From: a virus
Lineage: Duplodnaviria > Caudoviricetes
Virus record (IMG/VR): IMGVR_UViG_3300035686_000002
Coordinates: 64,001-128,000 of that record
DNA length: 64,000 nt
Reading direction: 5' to 3' (one strand)
In this document: positions 38,489 through 49,109 of the stretch, piece by piece
Layout of the letters: each line of letters opens with the position of its first letter
How positions within the stretch are numbered: the stretch's first letter is position 1
Notes under the pieces: model-generated
Told to the model about the DNA's origin: nothing
What the model saw: the letters and a program-made list of their open reading frames with translations, nothing else
Database searches by the model: none
Made by a program: the position numbers and the translations under genes

Positions 38489-38512
38489 AAAAATTTAGAA
38501 TAATTTTAAAAT

Positions 38513-38682
38513 TAAAGACCGCGCCCCGTGCTGGAATCGGTAGAAGATGATGAAAGTCGGATAAAAAACTTGTCTCCGTTTCTCGATCTCACTGTAACCC
38601 CTTCTTGATTTTTAGTAATTGTTTTGAGCGAAGCAGTAAGAGCTTCCGCCAAATCTTTGGCTACTCGACTTGTATTTTGCAT
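38513..38682 (-). CDS. Small hypothetical protein (~56 aa)
   Basis: MQNTSRVAKDLAEALTASLK... fills the gap between two tail genes. End coordinates approximate. Confidence 0.4.
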
Positions 38683-38722
38683 TTATTTTTTGATTTTCAA
38701 TCAAGTATAACCGTTAATATGA

Positions 38723-41479
38723 TTATTTTGAGTTAACACGGGATTGTTGGCTGCTTTGAGTAATTGTCCCAATATCATTTAAATTTCGCAATTGGAGACG
38801 ACCAAAATCTTGTTTAGAATCTGGCTTGTTACTTTCCCTTGGGGGTTCACGTCGAGAAGATCTAATAAAATCTACTGGCAACTCAGCGCCCACTTGCAAA
38901 GAAGTGCCAGGGGTTCGCAAATAAGGTTTCCCATTAACAGAACCCATAATTCCTACAGAATTATTTACTCCAAAAATTCTTCGCTGACGAACTTCACCAT
39001 TGCAAACATAAGTTATCCGATCGCCTGACCTCATTTGTGGATTATACCAAACTAACAGCTCTTCCCGCACAGAATTTTGTGCATCTCGAATTCTAAAGTC
39101 AGTCTCTGCGGCTAAATATGCTTCTGTTAATGTTTTTGCGTAAGGATATGATAGTCCGCCACCCACTAACTGCTGCTGAAATTGCTTGTTTCCTTTTGGT
39201 GGCAAGTGTGCAGTTTCAATAAAGTATTGTCTCTTTCCGCGTTCTGGATTCTGCTCTTCCGGATCGACAGAATTGCTGCGCGGTTCAATTCTTTCCCACA
39301 CCGACGGCAATTGTGTTGCAGCACCGGGGCGTCCGGTATTGGTTGAGCTTGTTTGCTCCGAAAGTTGACTGTTAAAATTAATGCCACCCGCAACAGCTTT
39401 TTTCCCGATTGACAAAAACCGATCCTCTTCTCGCGTTGCGCGCGATCGATTAAAATCTGCCATTGTTTCGCCCGGTGGTAGGTTTACAGACCCTAGCCAC
39501 TTAGGAGTTTTAACAGAGGTAATCTTGACTTCTGAAAAATTCAACTCTTCAGAACCCGCAAACAGTGGAGGGTATTCCGGTTTGATGTCGGCTGGGGCGG
39601 CTGTTAAATTGTCGTTTCTGATTTTGATGTTTCGAGGATCTTCGGTTTCGGCAAATGCTGCCGAATATCGCTGCTGCTTACGAACAAAGCGAGGGTCAAT
39701 CCATTTGCCGTCCCCAATATTGTCAATTCGCCTATACGTCAATTGTCCAGTTGGCGAGCATATTTCTTCTAACTCAAAATCTGGCAGTTCAACATCGCCG
39801 TAGTGAGCGTTATAAGGAGAAAGGATATTCTCTTCAATTTCGTAGACCTGAATTTGTTTAGGCAGATAACAAACAAGTGAAGCTTGTTTGAAAGCAATGT
39901 CTGTCGGATCGTCCCCTGTTTCTGGTTGAAACTTGATGGTAGCAAAATCTTCACTCGGATCGGAGTCTTCGTTGGAAACGTCGCTAATACTTTCGGTTTG
40001 ATGCACTGCTGTTCGCCAGCCAGTCGTCACCGACCGCAACCGCCAACCTTCTCTGTCGTACTCTACTACCTCAGTCGTGTCCTCAATAATTCCCCAAAAT
40101 CCTAAAGGGTTAACGCCGCTAATTTTTTTTGTAGTTGGATTGTAAAGGTCAATTCCACGGATGCCAGAAAACCCGTATTTTAGCGTCTGTTTTTTAAACG
40201 GCATCCCGTCGATAGTAGTAATTTTTTCGTTTGTCTTTACATAATTTGACCCGCTTTCGTAAAAATTGATCGATGTGGTTTTGACTACGCCTAACCCAGA
40301 AGGAGGGGAAGAAGCGTTGGGATCTGATTCGGTTTTTTCCTCTTTTCGTGCGCGCCGCCGCCATTGCGCTTGGTTGGAGTTGTTGTTTTGCAGTTGTGTT
40401 TGCTCGTCAGGGTTCACGTAAAATCGGCTAATCTTTGTGGTTTCCGCGATCCGTTTTTTTTCTAATTTATTGTCATCCAAAAATAAACCCGTTATTTCTG
40501 CTTTTGGAAAGTAATGCTCTGAATGTAGGTATTTACTCAAATCTTCTTGCACCAGTGGCATTGTGCCGAATGCCGGGATAAAATCAGGAACTTGTTCGCC
40601 CAGTGGCAAGAAGTGGAAAGGGCGGGACGATAAACTTGTTGATCGGCGCAATTCTCCAGAAAAAGTGCGCGTAACTTCTTTGAGCAAGTCGGTCTCTGGT
40701 ATGTTCCAATTTGGTGTTTTGTCCCAGCGTTTAACTGTGATTCGACTTGGTTCTGATAGCACTTTAAAGCAGCCATTTTGCCGCAATAGCGCATCTAGCT
40801 CAGACATAAAATTGGTGCTAGTGTCGGGCCCCGCATCATTTGGGACGGTAATTTTACCCGCGAACCCTGAGTAACTGCCTCCTGCTCGACTGGCAATTTG
40901 CGCCAAGCTTAGATATTGCGATCGCATCCGCACGTCTTTAGACCTGCTCGCTGTCGGATCGCAACGCTCGCCCGTTTCTGTATTGTCAAAATTCTTGAGA
41001 ACCAGCGGCACGTCATCTGATGCCCAACCATGAGCGCCAGACAGGGACACAGACACAAGGATAATCGGCCCTAACGAGTTGCTCCGAGGGACTTCAATCA
41101 TCCGCAGGTCACTCACTCGAAATCCGATTCCAAACAGTTCAATCGGAACGCCGACGTGCAGTAGTTGACAAACCAAATATCGGTTTTCCCAGCCAGTCTT
41201 GAATTCAATTGCCCCGCTAGGTTCTGATTCAAAAGTTTCTGACCAGGAAATATTACCCGCCAAAATTGGGACTAAGTTGAGAAATTCTGGATAGGGTTCT
41301 GGGACGTAGTTCGTTCGCAAAATCTTTTTGGAACCCAAAACTCTGATACTTGAACCGATCGGCGGCGGTGGGGCGGTAAGGAGATTTCCCGGTGCTGCTA
41401 TTGGCAAGCCGCCGGGTGTAGTGGGAGAATATGTATAGTTTTTGCGAACGGCTGAAACCATATTGTTTAAAATACACAA
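38723..41479 (-). CDS. Large tail-tip/baseplate-hub-like protein (likely start near 41461)
   Basis: 918 aa upstream of the fibre. Hub-like N-terminus and C-terminus (LLVWYNPQMRSGDRITY). Confidence 0.6.
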   Translation of the reverse strand: MCILNNMVSAVRKNYTYSPTTPGGLPIAAPGNLLTAPPPPIGSSIRVLGSKKILRTNYVPEPYPEFLNLVPILAGNISWSETFESEPSGAIEFKTGWENRYLVCQLLHVGVPIELFGIGFRVSDLRMIEVPRSNSLGPIILVSVSLSGAHGWASDDVPLVLKNFDNTETGERCDPTASRSKDVRMRSQYLSLAQIASRAGGSYSGFAGKITVPNDAGPDTSTNFMSELDALLRQNGCFKVLSEPSRITVKRWDKTPNWNIPETDLLKEVTRTFSGELRRSTSLSSRPFHFLPLGEQVPDFIPAFGTMPLVQEDLSKYLHSEHYFPKAEITGLFLDDNKLEKKRIAETTKISRFYVNPDEQTQLQNNNSNQAQWRRRARKEEKTESDPNASSPPSGLGVVKTTSINFYESGSNYVKTNEKITTIDGMPFKKQTLKYGFSGIRGIDLYNPTTKKISGVNPLGFWGIIEDTTEVVEYDREGWRLRSVTTGWRTAVHQTESISDVSNEDSDPSEDFATIKFQPETGDDPTDIAFKQASLVCYLPKQIQVYEIEENILSPYNAHYGDVELPDFELEEICSPTGQLTYRRIDNIGDGKWIDPRFVRKQQRYSAAFAETEDPRNIKIRNDNLTAAPADIKPEYPPLFAGSEELNFSEVKITSVKTPKWLGSVNLPPGETMADFNRSRATREEDRFLSIGKKAVAGGINFNSQLSEQTSSTNTGRPGAATQLPSVWERIEPRSNSVDPEEQNPERGKRQYFIETAHLPPKGNKQFQQQLVGGGLSYPYAKTLTEAYLAAETDFRIRDAQNSVREELLVWYNPQMRSGDRITYVCNGEVRQRRIFGVNNSVGIMGSVNGKPYLRTPGTSLQVGAELPVDFIRSSRREPPRESNKPDSKQDFGRLQLRNLNDIGTITQSSQQSRVNSK

Positions 41480-41795
41480 TCCAAATTTAAGAACAGAGCC
41501 GACGCCGTTTCAATCTTTGGGGGCGATCGTTTGTCGGGTGTTCAATCCAATTCTGCCACAACACCGAGCGCGGTTGTGTGTTTTAGGTTATGGAGTTGGG
41601 CGGGCAATTGAATTAAACGCACCGCTGGTTGTTGATAATGGTTTTGCAACAATACCTGTGTCGGAGTTTGCGCGGGTAGATTATGTGGAAATTGGCGGGG
41701 ATATTTACGCGGAGGCAGAGGATTATACCGAATTGCTACCGGGTGAGTACGTTTATAATGCTCAGACTGAGATGTTGACAATTAGAATTTACTAA
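41442..41795 (+). CDS. Hypothetical protein
   Basis: ORF with LLPGEYVYNAQTEMLTI-type C-terminus, divergent from the hub gene. Start uncertain. Confidence 0.5.
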   Translation: MRTAETILFKIHNPNLRTEPTPFQSLGAIVCRVFNPILPQHRARLCVLGYGVGRAIELNAPLVVDNGFATIPVSEFARVDYVEIGGDIYAEAEDYTELLPGEYVYNAQTEMLTIRIY

Positions 41796-41861
41796 ACAAA
41801 AAATAGCTAAAGTTCAGTCTACTCCAATTATCAATGCTTCTAAGTTGAACAGTTAACAAAG

Positions 41862-42461
41862 TCAATACTCTTCAAATGAAACACGCTCAATAGTTACATT
41901 CTTAACAGGATGTAAAGGAATGACCTGTGGCGGCTGACTGTCACAAGAAATGGCCAAAAAATGTTGAACGTTTTTTGTGAGAAGATTTTTTGCTACAAAT
42001 ACAATTCTGTCTATTTTACCTGATAACGTCACAGAAATATCATCTGATACCTGTGTTAATAATATCCTCAGAAATTCAGAAAGTTCTTCGTTTATCACAA
42101 TGTCAACAAATAATTCTTCAGGCTTATTAAAGTTTCCTAACCAGAGAGTACGATTTGCTGATAAAGCGAAACAAGGCACAGACTCCAAAAGTTTTATCTT
42201 GACTACATATTTAGGAGGCTCATAGAACCGAGCAGGGTGTTGAACTACTGCTCCATACTCGCTAAGAGTCCGAACAGTTTGAAAGGTTTGTACGATTTCA
42301 TAAGCAGATTCGTCTAAGCTTTCTAGTGCAACCGCCAATTCAAAAGCTTCTTCATCAAATTCTGAAAAAACAAGACAATTGCCTTCTAGCTGCACATTGT
42401 ACAAATGCTTGCAAACATTTTTAGCATTATCTGGTAGTTTAAATTCTATTCTTTGTGCCAC
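41862..42461 (-). CDS. Hypothetical protein
   Basis: 199-aa ORF with an AGG RBS. Confidence 0.6.
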   Translation of the reverse strand: MAQRIEFKLPDNAKNVCKHLYNVQLEGNCLVFSEFDEEAFELAVALESLDESAYEIVQTFQTVRTLSEYGAVVQHPARFYEPPKYVVKIKLLESVPCFALSANRTLWLGNFNKPEELFVDIVINEELSEFLRILLTQVSDDISVTLSGKIDRIVFVAKNLLTKNVQHFLAISCDSQPPQVIPLHPVKNVTIERVSFEEY

Positions 42462-42580
42462 GACGTAATACCTAATTGAGGGGATAATCCAATAAAATAA
42501 AATATTTACTTAACTCGAATAGTTCCAAGCTAAGTAGCTTTTACGCAAGAGTTAGAGTTAGCGCAAAAGCTAAAACTAAA

Positions 42581-43381
42581 TTACATCAAACCCCGCAGGA
42601 CTTTCACAATCGATTCCTGCCACTTTGTGTGCTGGTAGCTGGTATTGTCTCGCCCTTTCCCCGTCGCCAGTGTGTTACTAGAGTACCGCTCACCTAGCTC
42701 TGTAGGCAGATAAGCGGGTTCTGTCTTACTTTTGTTGTGATTCTTCACTTGATACCCGTTCTCGGTCAGCAGTGCATTTACAACACGGGCTGACACTCCG
42801 AGTCGTTGGCCGATTGCGGTCGGAGTGAGTAATACTTCGGGAATGGAGTTGGTAGCAGCTAGTAAGCTGTGTGCCGCCTCAATATCAGCTTTAAGTTCGG
42901 GATAATGGTATTGAATGCGGTTAAGAATAAAGCCATTAACCAACGGCGTGGGGACGGATGACATTGCTGATCAAATCAAGTCAAGTTTAGCTGGGGTTAT
43001 TTCAGCACTTGGTGGTCGCGGGGCGGGTGCAGAAGCAGCGACAATCGAAACAGCTCCTTCTGTCATCAATGTCCGAATCTGTTGAGAAACCCAAATCCGA
43101 AAGCCAACATTACACCACGCAGCAAAGTCAATTGCCACCTCCTCAATTGCCCAAGTCCCTTGATTTTCTGGCGTTCCACCTTACACCGTTTCCGTTACGG
43201 GAATTCCCGTAACGGACTCAAACTCTGCCAGAAACTCGGTTGCAGACTTTGACCGGGTGTAATCGTTAACCTGCTTACCTGCCGCCTTTGCCATATCGGT
43301 CAAGCTTACCCAAACACGATCACTCCGACGCTCAAACCGAATATTCTTGCCAGCAAAATCTAAAACTGTTAAACTTTTCAT
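42581..43381 (-). pseudogene. KilA-N/antirepressor gene interrupted by two in-frame stops
   Basis: A single frame of 267 codons with TAA at 43181-43183 and TGA at 42971-42973. The KilA-N sequence continues across the first stop (ETV*GGTPENQGTWAIEEVAIDFAAWC). C-terminal HTH LTPTAIGQRLGVSARVVNALL. Confidence 0.85.
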
Positions 43382-43412
43382 TGTTCGCCTAATCTAGGTA
43401 GGTGGACGGCCG

Positions 43413-46172
43413 ATGTTAAGCGGGATACTAGCAATATCTCGATCGGCTCAATTAATTATATCACGATCGCCCCTCCAACTAAACATGACTAACCAGAAGG
43501 ATATCGCCAAAAAACAAGCGGAAATTGTGGGTCAGTTGCAACAATTCCCGGTCGGGCGTACTAATTCGGGCGGCAGGGCGGGAGGGATGGTTGAGGTAGT
43601 TGTAACTAACCCGTTACCAGGGCAACCCAGTGTTGTACAAGCAAAGTGTGCCAACGATTGTCCGCCGGGTGAGGTGCAGTTGTTAAAAGCCGATGATGGA
43701 AGCTATATTGCGCTTTCTCCGAATGCGGGAAAAGAGACTTCAACAGCAACAACACGACAAATAACTAAAAAAGATCCAATTGTGCCTAAAAAAGATAAGG
43801 AAGTGTGGCCCGGTACAGTTGTGTTTTTGTATTCACGCATTCAACCAAACACTGTAAATCTTTCAAATACAGGTGCAGCTAAAGACGACGAGACAAGCTA
43901 CGACTTAGTTAGAAATGTTTTTTCAAATCCAGGTTTTAACAATAGTAATATTTCTAGTAATAATGCTTATGGAATCAGAAGAAGACTTGACAAATTAGGA
44001 GATTATACTACATTGGAAAACGCCTTAAATAATATACTAAAAGCTGATAGGTTGGAAACACCTGGTGGTGGCGGTAGTGGCGGCGGTGGTGGTCGTGGTA
44101 GAGATGACTCTGTAATAGGAAGCGGATCGGAAGACGACGTTACTATTTGGTATTATATTGGCGACCCTACCGATGCTCTACCAGATGGAAGAATATTTTC
44201 TGTTACTGGTTTTTCTTTGCATCCTGCTAATGGCAATGTGGTAGGATCTGGGCCTGGCTTTTGCATGGAAGTTGCTAGAGGAAGTTACGCTGTATCTTGT
44301 ATTTTTCCGCATGAGATAATAGGTTCAGGCCCATTGACCTTTGAACTAAGTAAAATGAATCCTGGGTTAGGTGGAAAAATAGGTTATGCAGGAACAATTA
44401 ACAAGTGGCGCGCAAAAGATTATTTAGTCAAGACTCCTATTAGTTATTTTAGGAGTATTCCACCCGCTACAGAGCCATATCAAACTCCTGTAAATTTTCC
44501 TTCTGGTGAAACGCTAAACCCTAATATAGATTATTGGTTTTTTACCAATAATAATTGGTTTCGTTATGGATGGCCAGACCCACAATATATAGGGTGTGCT
44601 TCTACATCATGGATAAATATTGTAGCCGAAGATTTAAATGCTAGTTATATTTGTGGTGGTTCTATTGATAATGATAAATGGTATTGGGGAGGAGATGCCG
44701 ATCCAAATCAAGCGGTACTAAATAAAGATAATCCAAGTGGGTTTATTGGATCGGAAGGAATGTTTCTCTGTTGGCGCGGACACGTAGAACACGCTGGGGG
44801 TGCCTTTGCGTTTATGAACGATTTTAAGACTTATTGGGGTCTTACCGGAAGTGTGACAAGGCTTGGTTCCGTTAATCCTTATGGTTGTGAACTGCCGCCT
44901 GAGGATGGAGGAAGTGGATATCCAGTCGCACCTCCTGGTGACGCTTCTAGATATCCTATTGAAGCTTCTGGAAGGATAGGTGAAATTTGGCTAAAAATTT
45001 GCAAAGAAGATATGGAGCCAATTGATTTTAAATTACCCTTTGAATTTAATGCAATAGTAGAACGATTAAAAGTAATAGGAGGTGGAAGTCTTCAAAATGG
45101 TTCTAACTTTGAAAATGGCAAAGATATGCTCAAATTTGAAACTTTTGGAATGGCTGGTGGAAGCAATCTTACAGCAGAAGCTTTTGACCTTGAAAATCCG
45201 CATGGAACGTTAGCAATTGACAGTGAATATGCTTATGTTAATATTTCTTACGGAGCCGAAAGAGATTTTGAAGAACCTTTGGCTTTACCCATAAAACCAA
45301 GAGTAGCTAATCTTGGTTTTGGCACTCCTAAAACTGGTAACTATGGTTCAGATAATTTTTATTTACGTATACCAAGCTTAAATCCTACGTTTTCTTCAGG
45401 TATAAAAGTATCAGGCGATCCCCGTGACCCAGTATTGGACACTGACCCTCGGGTAGTCAAAGATTGCTTCAGTTGTTGCCAATCTTATGTAATACTTTTG
45501 CCGACAAAAGAAAATCCAATACCTACAATAGTTGCATCACAAAAATATAAAAGAGGTGAAACTATTGCAATTACCGCTGCCAGCCCAGACACTCAATTTG
45601 ACAACAAATTTCTAATTGCAGATTTTAGAACAGAAGTTTACAAAACTGGTACAGCAGAACCTGGATTAAAAACTGAACCAAAACCATATTATGCAACTTT
45701 TGGCGGACTACCCGCTCTAATACAAATCGTTGATTACACACCTATTAATATTAATAGTTTAGCACCATTATACTATAAAAACAAAGATGTCTGGACTTTT
45801 ATGGATTGGGTACATTGGCAATTTCAAGAAGCTCCAAGAGCATATAATCCATTGACAACGATTTTACCTCCGGGTGTAAGGACTAGATCGAATGAAGTTT
45901 ATGGAATAATTTTTGATTTAGACAACAAATTTGGCAGACATGGTAGAGCTGAATCTATTATGCCATCAAGTGTATTTAGTTATAGTGGAAGTTTTGCTAA
46001 CATTAATTCTCCTACTTATGGTAATTATAGAGGAACAGCACATTATCCATTAGCTATTTCATTTAAAGAGCAACTAATAGGAAATGGATTATTTGAGAAT
46101 AATCAATTGGTTAAATGGTTCAGGCTTACTCCTGCCAGTTTTCCTATTTTTGGTCAGTTAAAACGAAATTAA
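43413..46172 (+). CDS. Large G/N/W-rich virion protein, candidate receptor-binding/tail-tip (likely start 43485)
   Basis: 919 aa, beta-rich, with poly-Gly linker. The N-terminus resembles a baseplate-attachment domain. Confidence 0.5.
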   Translation: MLSGILAISRSAQLIISRSPLQLNMTNQKDIAKKQAEIVGQLQQFPVGRTNSGGRAGGMVEVVVTNPLPGQPSVVQAKCANDCPPGEVQLLKADDGSYIALSPNAGKETSTATTRQITKKDPIVPKKDKEVWPGTVVFLYSRIQPNTVNLSNTGAAKDDETSYDLVRNVFSNPGFNNSNISSNNAYGIRRRLDKLGDYTTLENALNNILKADRLETPGGGGSGGGGGRGRDDSVIGSGSEDDVTIWYYIGDPTDALPDGRIFSVTGFSLHPANGNVVGSGPGFCMEVARGSYAVSCIFPHEIIGSGPLTFELSKMNPGLGGKIGYAGTINKWRAKDYLVKTPISYFRSIPPATEPYQTPVNFPSGETLNPNIDYWFFTNNNWFRYGWPDPQYIGCASTSWINIVAEDLNASYICGGSIDNDKWYWGGDADPNQAVLNKDNPSGFIGSEGMFLCWRGHVEHAGGAFAFMNDFKTYWGLTGSVTRLGSVNPYGCELPPEDGGSGYPVAPPGDASRYPIEASGRIGEIWLKICKEDMEPIDFKLPFEFNAIVERLKVIGGGSLQNGSNFENGKDMLKFETFGMAGGSNLTAEAFDLENPHGTLAIDSEYAYVNISYGAERDFEEPLALPIKPRVANLGFGTPKTGNYGSDNFYLRIPSLNPTFSSGIKVSGDPRDPVLDTDPRVVKDCFSCCQSYVILLPTKENPIPTIVASQKYKRGETIAITAASPDTQFDNKFLIADFRTEVYKTGTAEPGLKTEPKPYYATFGGLPALIQIVDYTPININSLAPLYYKNKDVWTFMDWVHWQFQEAPRAYNPLTTILPPGVRTRSNEVYGIIFDLDNKFGRHGRAESIMPSSVFSYSGSFANINSPTYGNYRGTAHYPLAISFKEQLIGNGLFENNQLVKWFRLTPASFPIFGQLKRN

Positions 46173-46176
46173 TTTT

Positions 46177-46893
46177 ATGGCTTATTATTCAGGTGAACAT
46201 AAAGTATACAGTTCGATGGGATGTTTTTCTACAGTTCCTCAAGTGATTGGAAACCCTTTTGACTTAGTAGATTACAACAATTCATCTGGAACTGGTTTTT
46301 TACCAGGTCAATGTCAGGCGTTCTTAACGACAAATAAGGAATTTATATTGTTTGTTGAACAATATAACCTTAGTCCAGCACCACCTGATAGTCCTGTTGG
46401 AACTGCACCATTAACTTTTAGTAATAAAAAAGTATATCCAGTAAAAGTGACTGGATTAAACCTACCTCTTGTTAAAAATTCTACAAATAATATATCTTCG
46501 GTGACTGTTTTTTGGAGAGATGAGTTAGTGCGTCATGGAAGTGTTAGTCCTAGTATTGATAAAGCAAATAGTTTCCCAGCAGGAGCATATAGACCAGGTT
46601 TCGGTGAAACAATTGTGAAAGATTTAGATAGACCGTTAGAATCAGCAACTGTACAAACAAATAATCTAGGACTACCAAATGTCCCAAGTCTGCCAAATTT
46701 TCAACAACAAAACGGTTATTGCGGAATTTTGGGTAGATTAATGTCGGTTGCCAGCTATATCGATCCAGAGCTTGCCAAAAAATACGACGCTAGCAAAGGA
46801 AAGAAAAAGAAAAAATCACTTAACTCACAAACCTATCAAGAGTCTCCGCAATACCCAGCTTATACACCATATCAAAACAATAGTGGTTATTAG
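46177..46893 (+). CDS. Hypothetical protein coupled to 43413..46172
   Basis: 4-bp gap and similar composition. Confidence 0.6.
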   Translation: MAYYSGEHKVYSSMGCFSTVPQVIGNPFDLVDYNNSSGTGFLPGQCQAFLTTNKEFILFVEQYNLSPAPPDSPVGTAPLTFSNKKVYPVKVTGLNLPLVKNSTNNISSVTVFWRDELVRHGSVSPSIDKANSFPAGAYRPGFGETIVKDLDRPLESATVQTNNLGLPNVPSLPNFQQQNGYCGILGRLMSVASYIDPELAKKYDASKGKKKKKSLNSQTYQESPQYPAYTPYQNNSGY

Positions 46894-47699
46894 GCTTGAG
46901 CTGGCGCAATAGAGTTAATTTGTTCAATTGAGCGCTCAGGATTAAATTTAACTTTAAGCCTGTGAGTTTTGTCCATACCTCGCCGTTTTAACGCTGCTTC
47001 AATAGCAGCATTAGCTAACAACACGATTTGCAACGGATTTTTTTGATGTGTCATATCAGGGTGATTTCTGTAAAAATACAGAAATTCATGGATATGGCTA
47101 ATGCGAGTAATTTCAGATATACGAAGGCACAAATCGTAATCCTCCATCCGATCAAACTTCAAGTCAATTCCGCCAACCTGCTCGTAAACTGATCGACGCA
47201 TCAGCCTAAAGTGAAATGTCATAAAGACACAGAGCAGTTTTTCTGCTGAGTAGTCATAACTACAGCGCCAGCCCGGTCTTAACTGCGTTCCGTCTTCATC
47301 TACTTCGATGTAATTGCTGTAGACCATTCCGCAGCCAGCGTCATCATCTAATACTGCTACCATGCGCTCGATCGCCTGCATATCAAGCCAGTCGTCGGAA
47401 TCAACCTGCCCAATGTATTCACCCCGCGCTAATCCATATCCCGCCTTGAGCGCTTGGGCTGCACCTCTTTCGGTTTCTTGGGTTCTATCCACCTTCAAAG
47501 CAAGCAGTCGCACCCGATCGTCCTCCATCGCAAACTGCTCGGCGATTGCCAGTGTTCCGTCAGTCGAACCATCGTCTACAATAATCAGTTCAAGATTGCG
47601 GTAAGTTTGGTCAAGAACCGATTTGACAGCGATGCCGACGTATTGTTCTCGGTTGTAGACTGGAATAATAATAGAAACCCTAGGCGCATTTTCTTTCAT
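46890..47699 (-). CDS. Glycosyltransferase family 2
   Basis: VSIIIPVYN, IIVDDGSTDGT, QVDSDD (DxD), EDYDLCLR. Confidence 0.93.
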   Translation of the reverse strand: MKENAPRVSIIIPVYNREQYVGIAVKSVLDQTYRNLELIIVDDGSTDGTLAIAEQFAMEDDRVRLLALKVDRTQETERGAAQALKAGYGLARGEYIGQVDSDDWLDMQAIERMVAVLDDDAGCGMVYSNYIEVDEDGTQLRPGWRCSYDYSAEKLLCVFMTFHFRLMRRSVYEQVGGIDLKFDRMEDYDLCLRISEITRISHIHEFLYFYRNHPDMTHQKNPLQIVLLANAAIEAALKRRGMDKTHRLKVKFNPERSIEQINSIAPAQA

Positions 47700-47703
47700 A
47701 TTG

Positions 47704-47925
47704 TCAACAATCTTGTAAAATATCCATTAATTTTTCTGCAAGCTCGTAAATTAAGTTCTCAATTTCATCTAAAGCTTCTTTGCCAGCAAAGTCTGAACGA
47801 TGATTAATTTTCGTTGCGTATCTAACATAACGAGCTTCACGTCGCAATTCGTTTATACAACATTGTATAATGTTTGCGTCTGCACTTCCATCTAATAAAA
47901 GTTTCCGAGCCACATCTATAGTCAT
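47704..47925 (-). CDS. Hypothetical protein
   Basis: 73-aa ORF coupled upstream of the GT2 gene. Confidence 0.5.
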   Translation of the reverse strand: MTIDVARKLLLDGSADANIIQCCINELRREARYVRYATKINHRSDFAGKEALDEIENLIYELAEKLMDILQDC

Positions 47926-48265
47926 TTAATTGGATTGATTTATTGGCGTCGTTTTTTACGTCAACAGGTTAACGTCTCGCTGTTGTAGCAAAAAACGACG
48001 CCATTGATTATTACATTTTGCTCCTACTGTTTACAAAGTGTTATCGTTTTGTTCTAGGAATTTTATTCGGATCTACAACGATTTCATCTTCCTCTGTTGG
48101 AAAATCTTTTCGATTAGGTTTTTCCTTGGGAGTTTCTTCAGGTTTTTTCTCTGTCATGATATTTGCACCCTAATTTCCTGTAAAGTTAAGACCTGCTTGT
48201 GCTTGCATTTTTGCATTACACAGCAGATCAAATAAGCTTACTATATAATTTTAAGCGCAAATCAC

Positions 48266-49108
48266 ATGAAACGCATATTTTTAGTCGGCGCGCCCCGCAG
48301 TGGGACTACAATTTTGCAAAGTCTGCTTGCGGCACACCCGCTAATCACCAGTTTCCCGGAAACTAAGTTTTTTCACTACTTGCTCACGGATGGGCTTTCC
48401 CAGAAACTACCCGATCGTCTCTACAAATTCTTTCACAAAGAAATTAACCGCCCCGATTTTTTAGAAAACGCCCCAGACCTACACCCTCCGTTAATGAGCA
48501 ACAGGGTCAGGTGGTTCGTTGAAGTGCTTGATAAGCTGGCGATCGAACAGAAAAATGACATTTGGCTAGAAAAAACCCCAGAACACGTCGGTTTTATTCC
48601 AGACATTCTTCAATACCTGCCAGAAGCAAAATTTATCCATATCGTGCGACACCCGCTGGACGTTGTAGCTTCCATGCGAGCGGCAACTAAAAACCCACTG
48701 TCAAACATTCTGTGGGGCGGAGAATGGACGCTGGAGTTCTGTGTCCAACGTTGGAACGACGCAGCACTCATCAATCATGCGTACTCGCACCAGCCAGAGC
48801 AGCACTTAGTTGTCCGATATGAAGGTTTGTTGCGGGACAAAACTGTGTTTCTGTCAAAATGCTGCCATTTTATTGGCGTCGAGTTCGATCACGAAATGTT
48901 GTCGAACTATAAAGCAGAGGGGCTGCGGTTGGGGTTGCGGTTGCCGTGGCACGAAGGGATTGATCGGGCGATCCAACCTCCAGCGGTTGCGAAATGGAGG
49001 CAAAGTCTCAGCAAGCAGGAAATCAAGTATATCCTCAGAGCAACAGAAGATTTGCGATCGCGCTTTGGCTATATGTATCCAAGCCCAGAAAATCCTGAGC
49101 TAGAGTAA
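48266..49108 (+). CDS. PAPS-dependent sulfotransferase (Sulfotransfer_3 type)
   Basis: 5'-PSB loop FLVGAPRSGTT, LEKTP, 3'-PB motif IVRHPLDVVAS, VRYE. Confidence 0.92.
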   Translation: MKRIFLVGAPRSGTTILQSLLAAHPLITSFPETKFFHYLLTDGLSQKLPDRLYKFFHKEINRPDFLENAPDLHPPLMSNRVRWFVEVLDKLAIEQKNDIWLEKTPEHVGFIPDILQYLPEAKFIHIVRHPLDVVASMRAATKNPLSNILWGGEWTLEFCVQRWNDAALINHAYSHQPEQHLVVRYEGLLRDKTVFLSKCCHFIGVEFDHEMLSNYKAEGLRLGLRLPWHEGIDRAIQPPAVAKWRQSLSKQEIKYILRATEDLRSRFGYMYPSPENPELE

Positions 49109-49109
49109 C

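Noticed and set aside
1288-41781. Numerous antisense or overlapping ORFs in the ORF track (e.g. 1914..2255, 20165..20587, 24531..25085, 39381..39803)
   Set aside because: They are shadows of long, motif-bearing genes on the other strand or frame, with no independent RBS or motifs.
35102-46893. Diversity-generating retroelement or invertible tail-fibre cassette
   Set aside because: No reverse transcriptase or invertase ORF, and no template/variable repeat pair was noticed.
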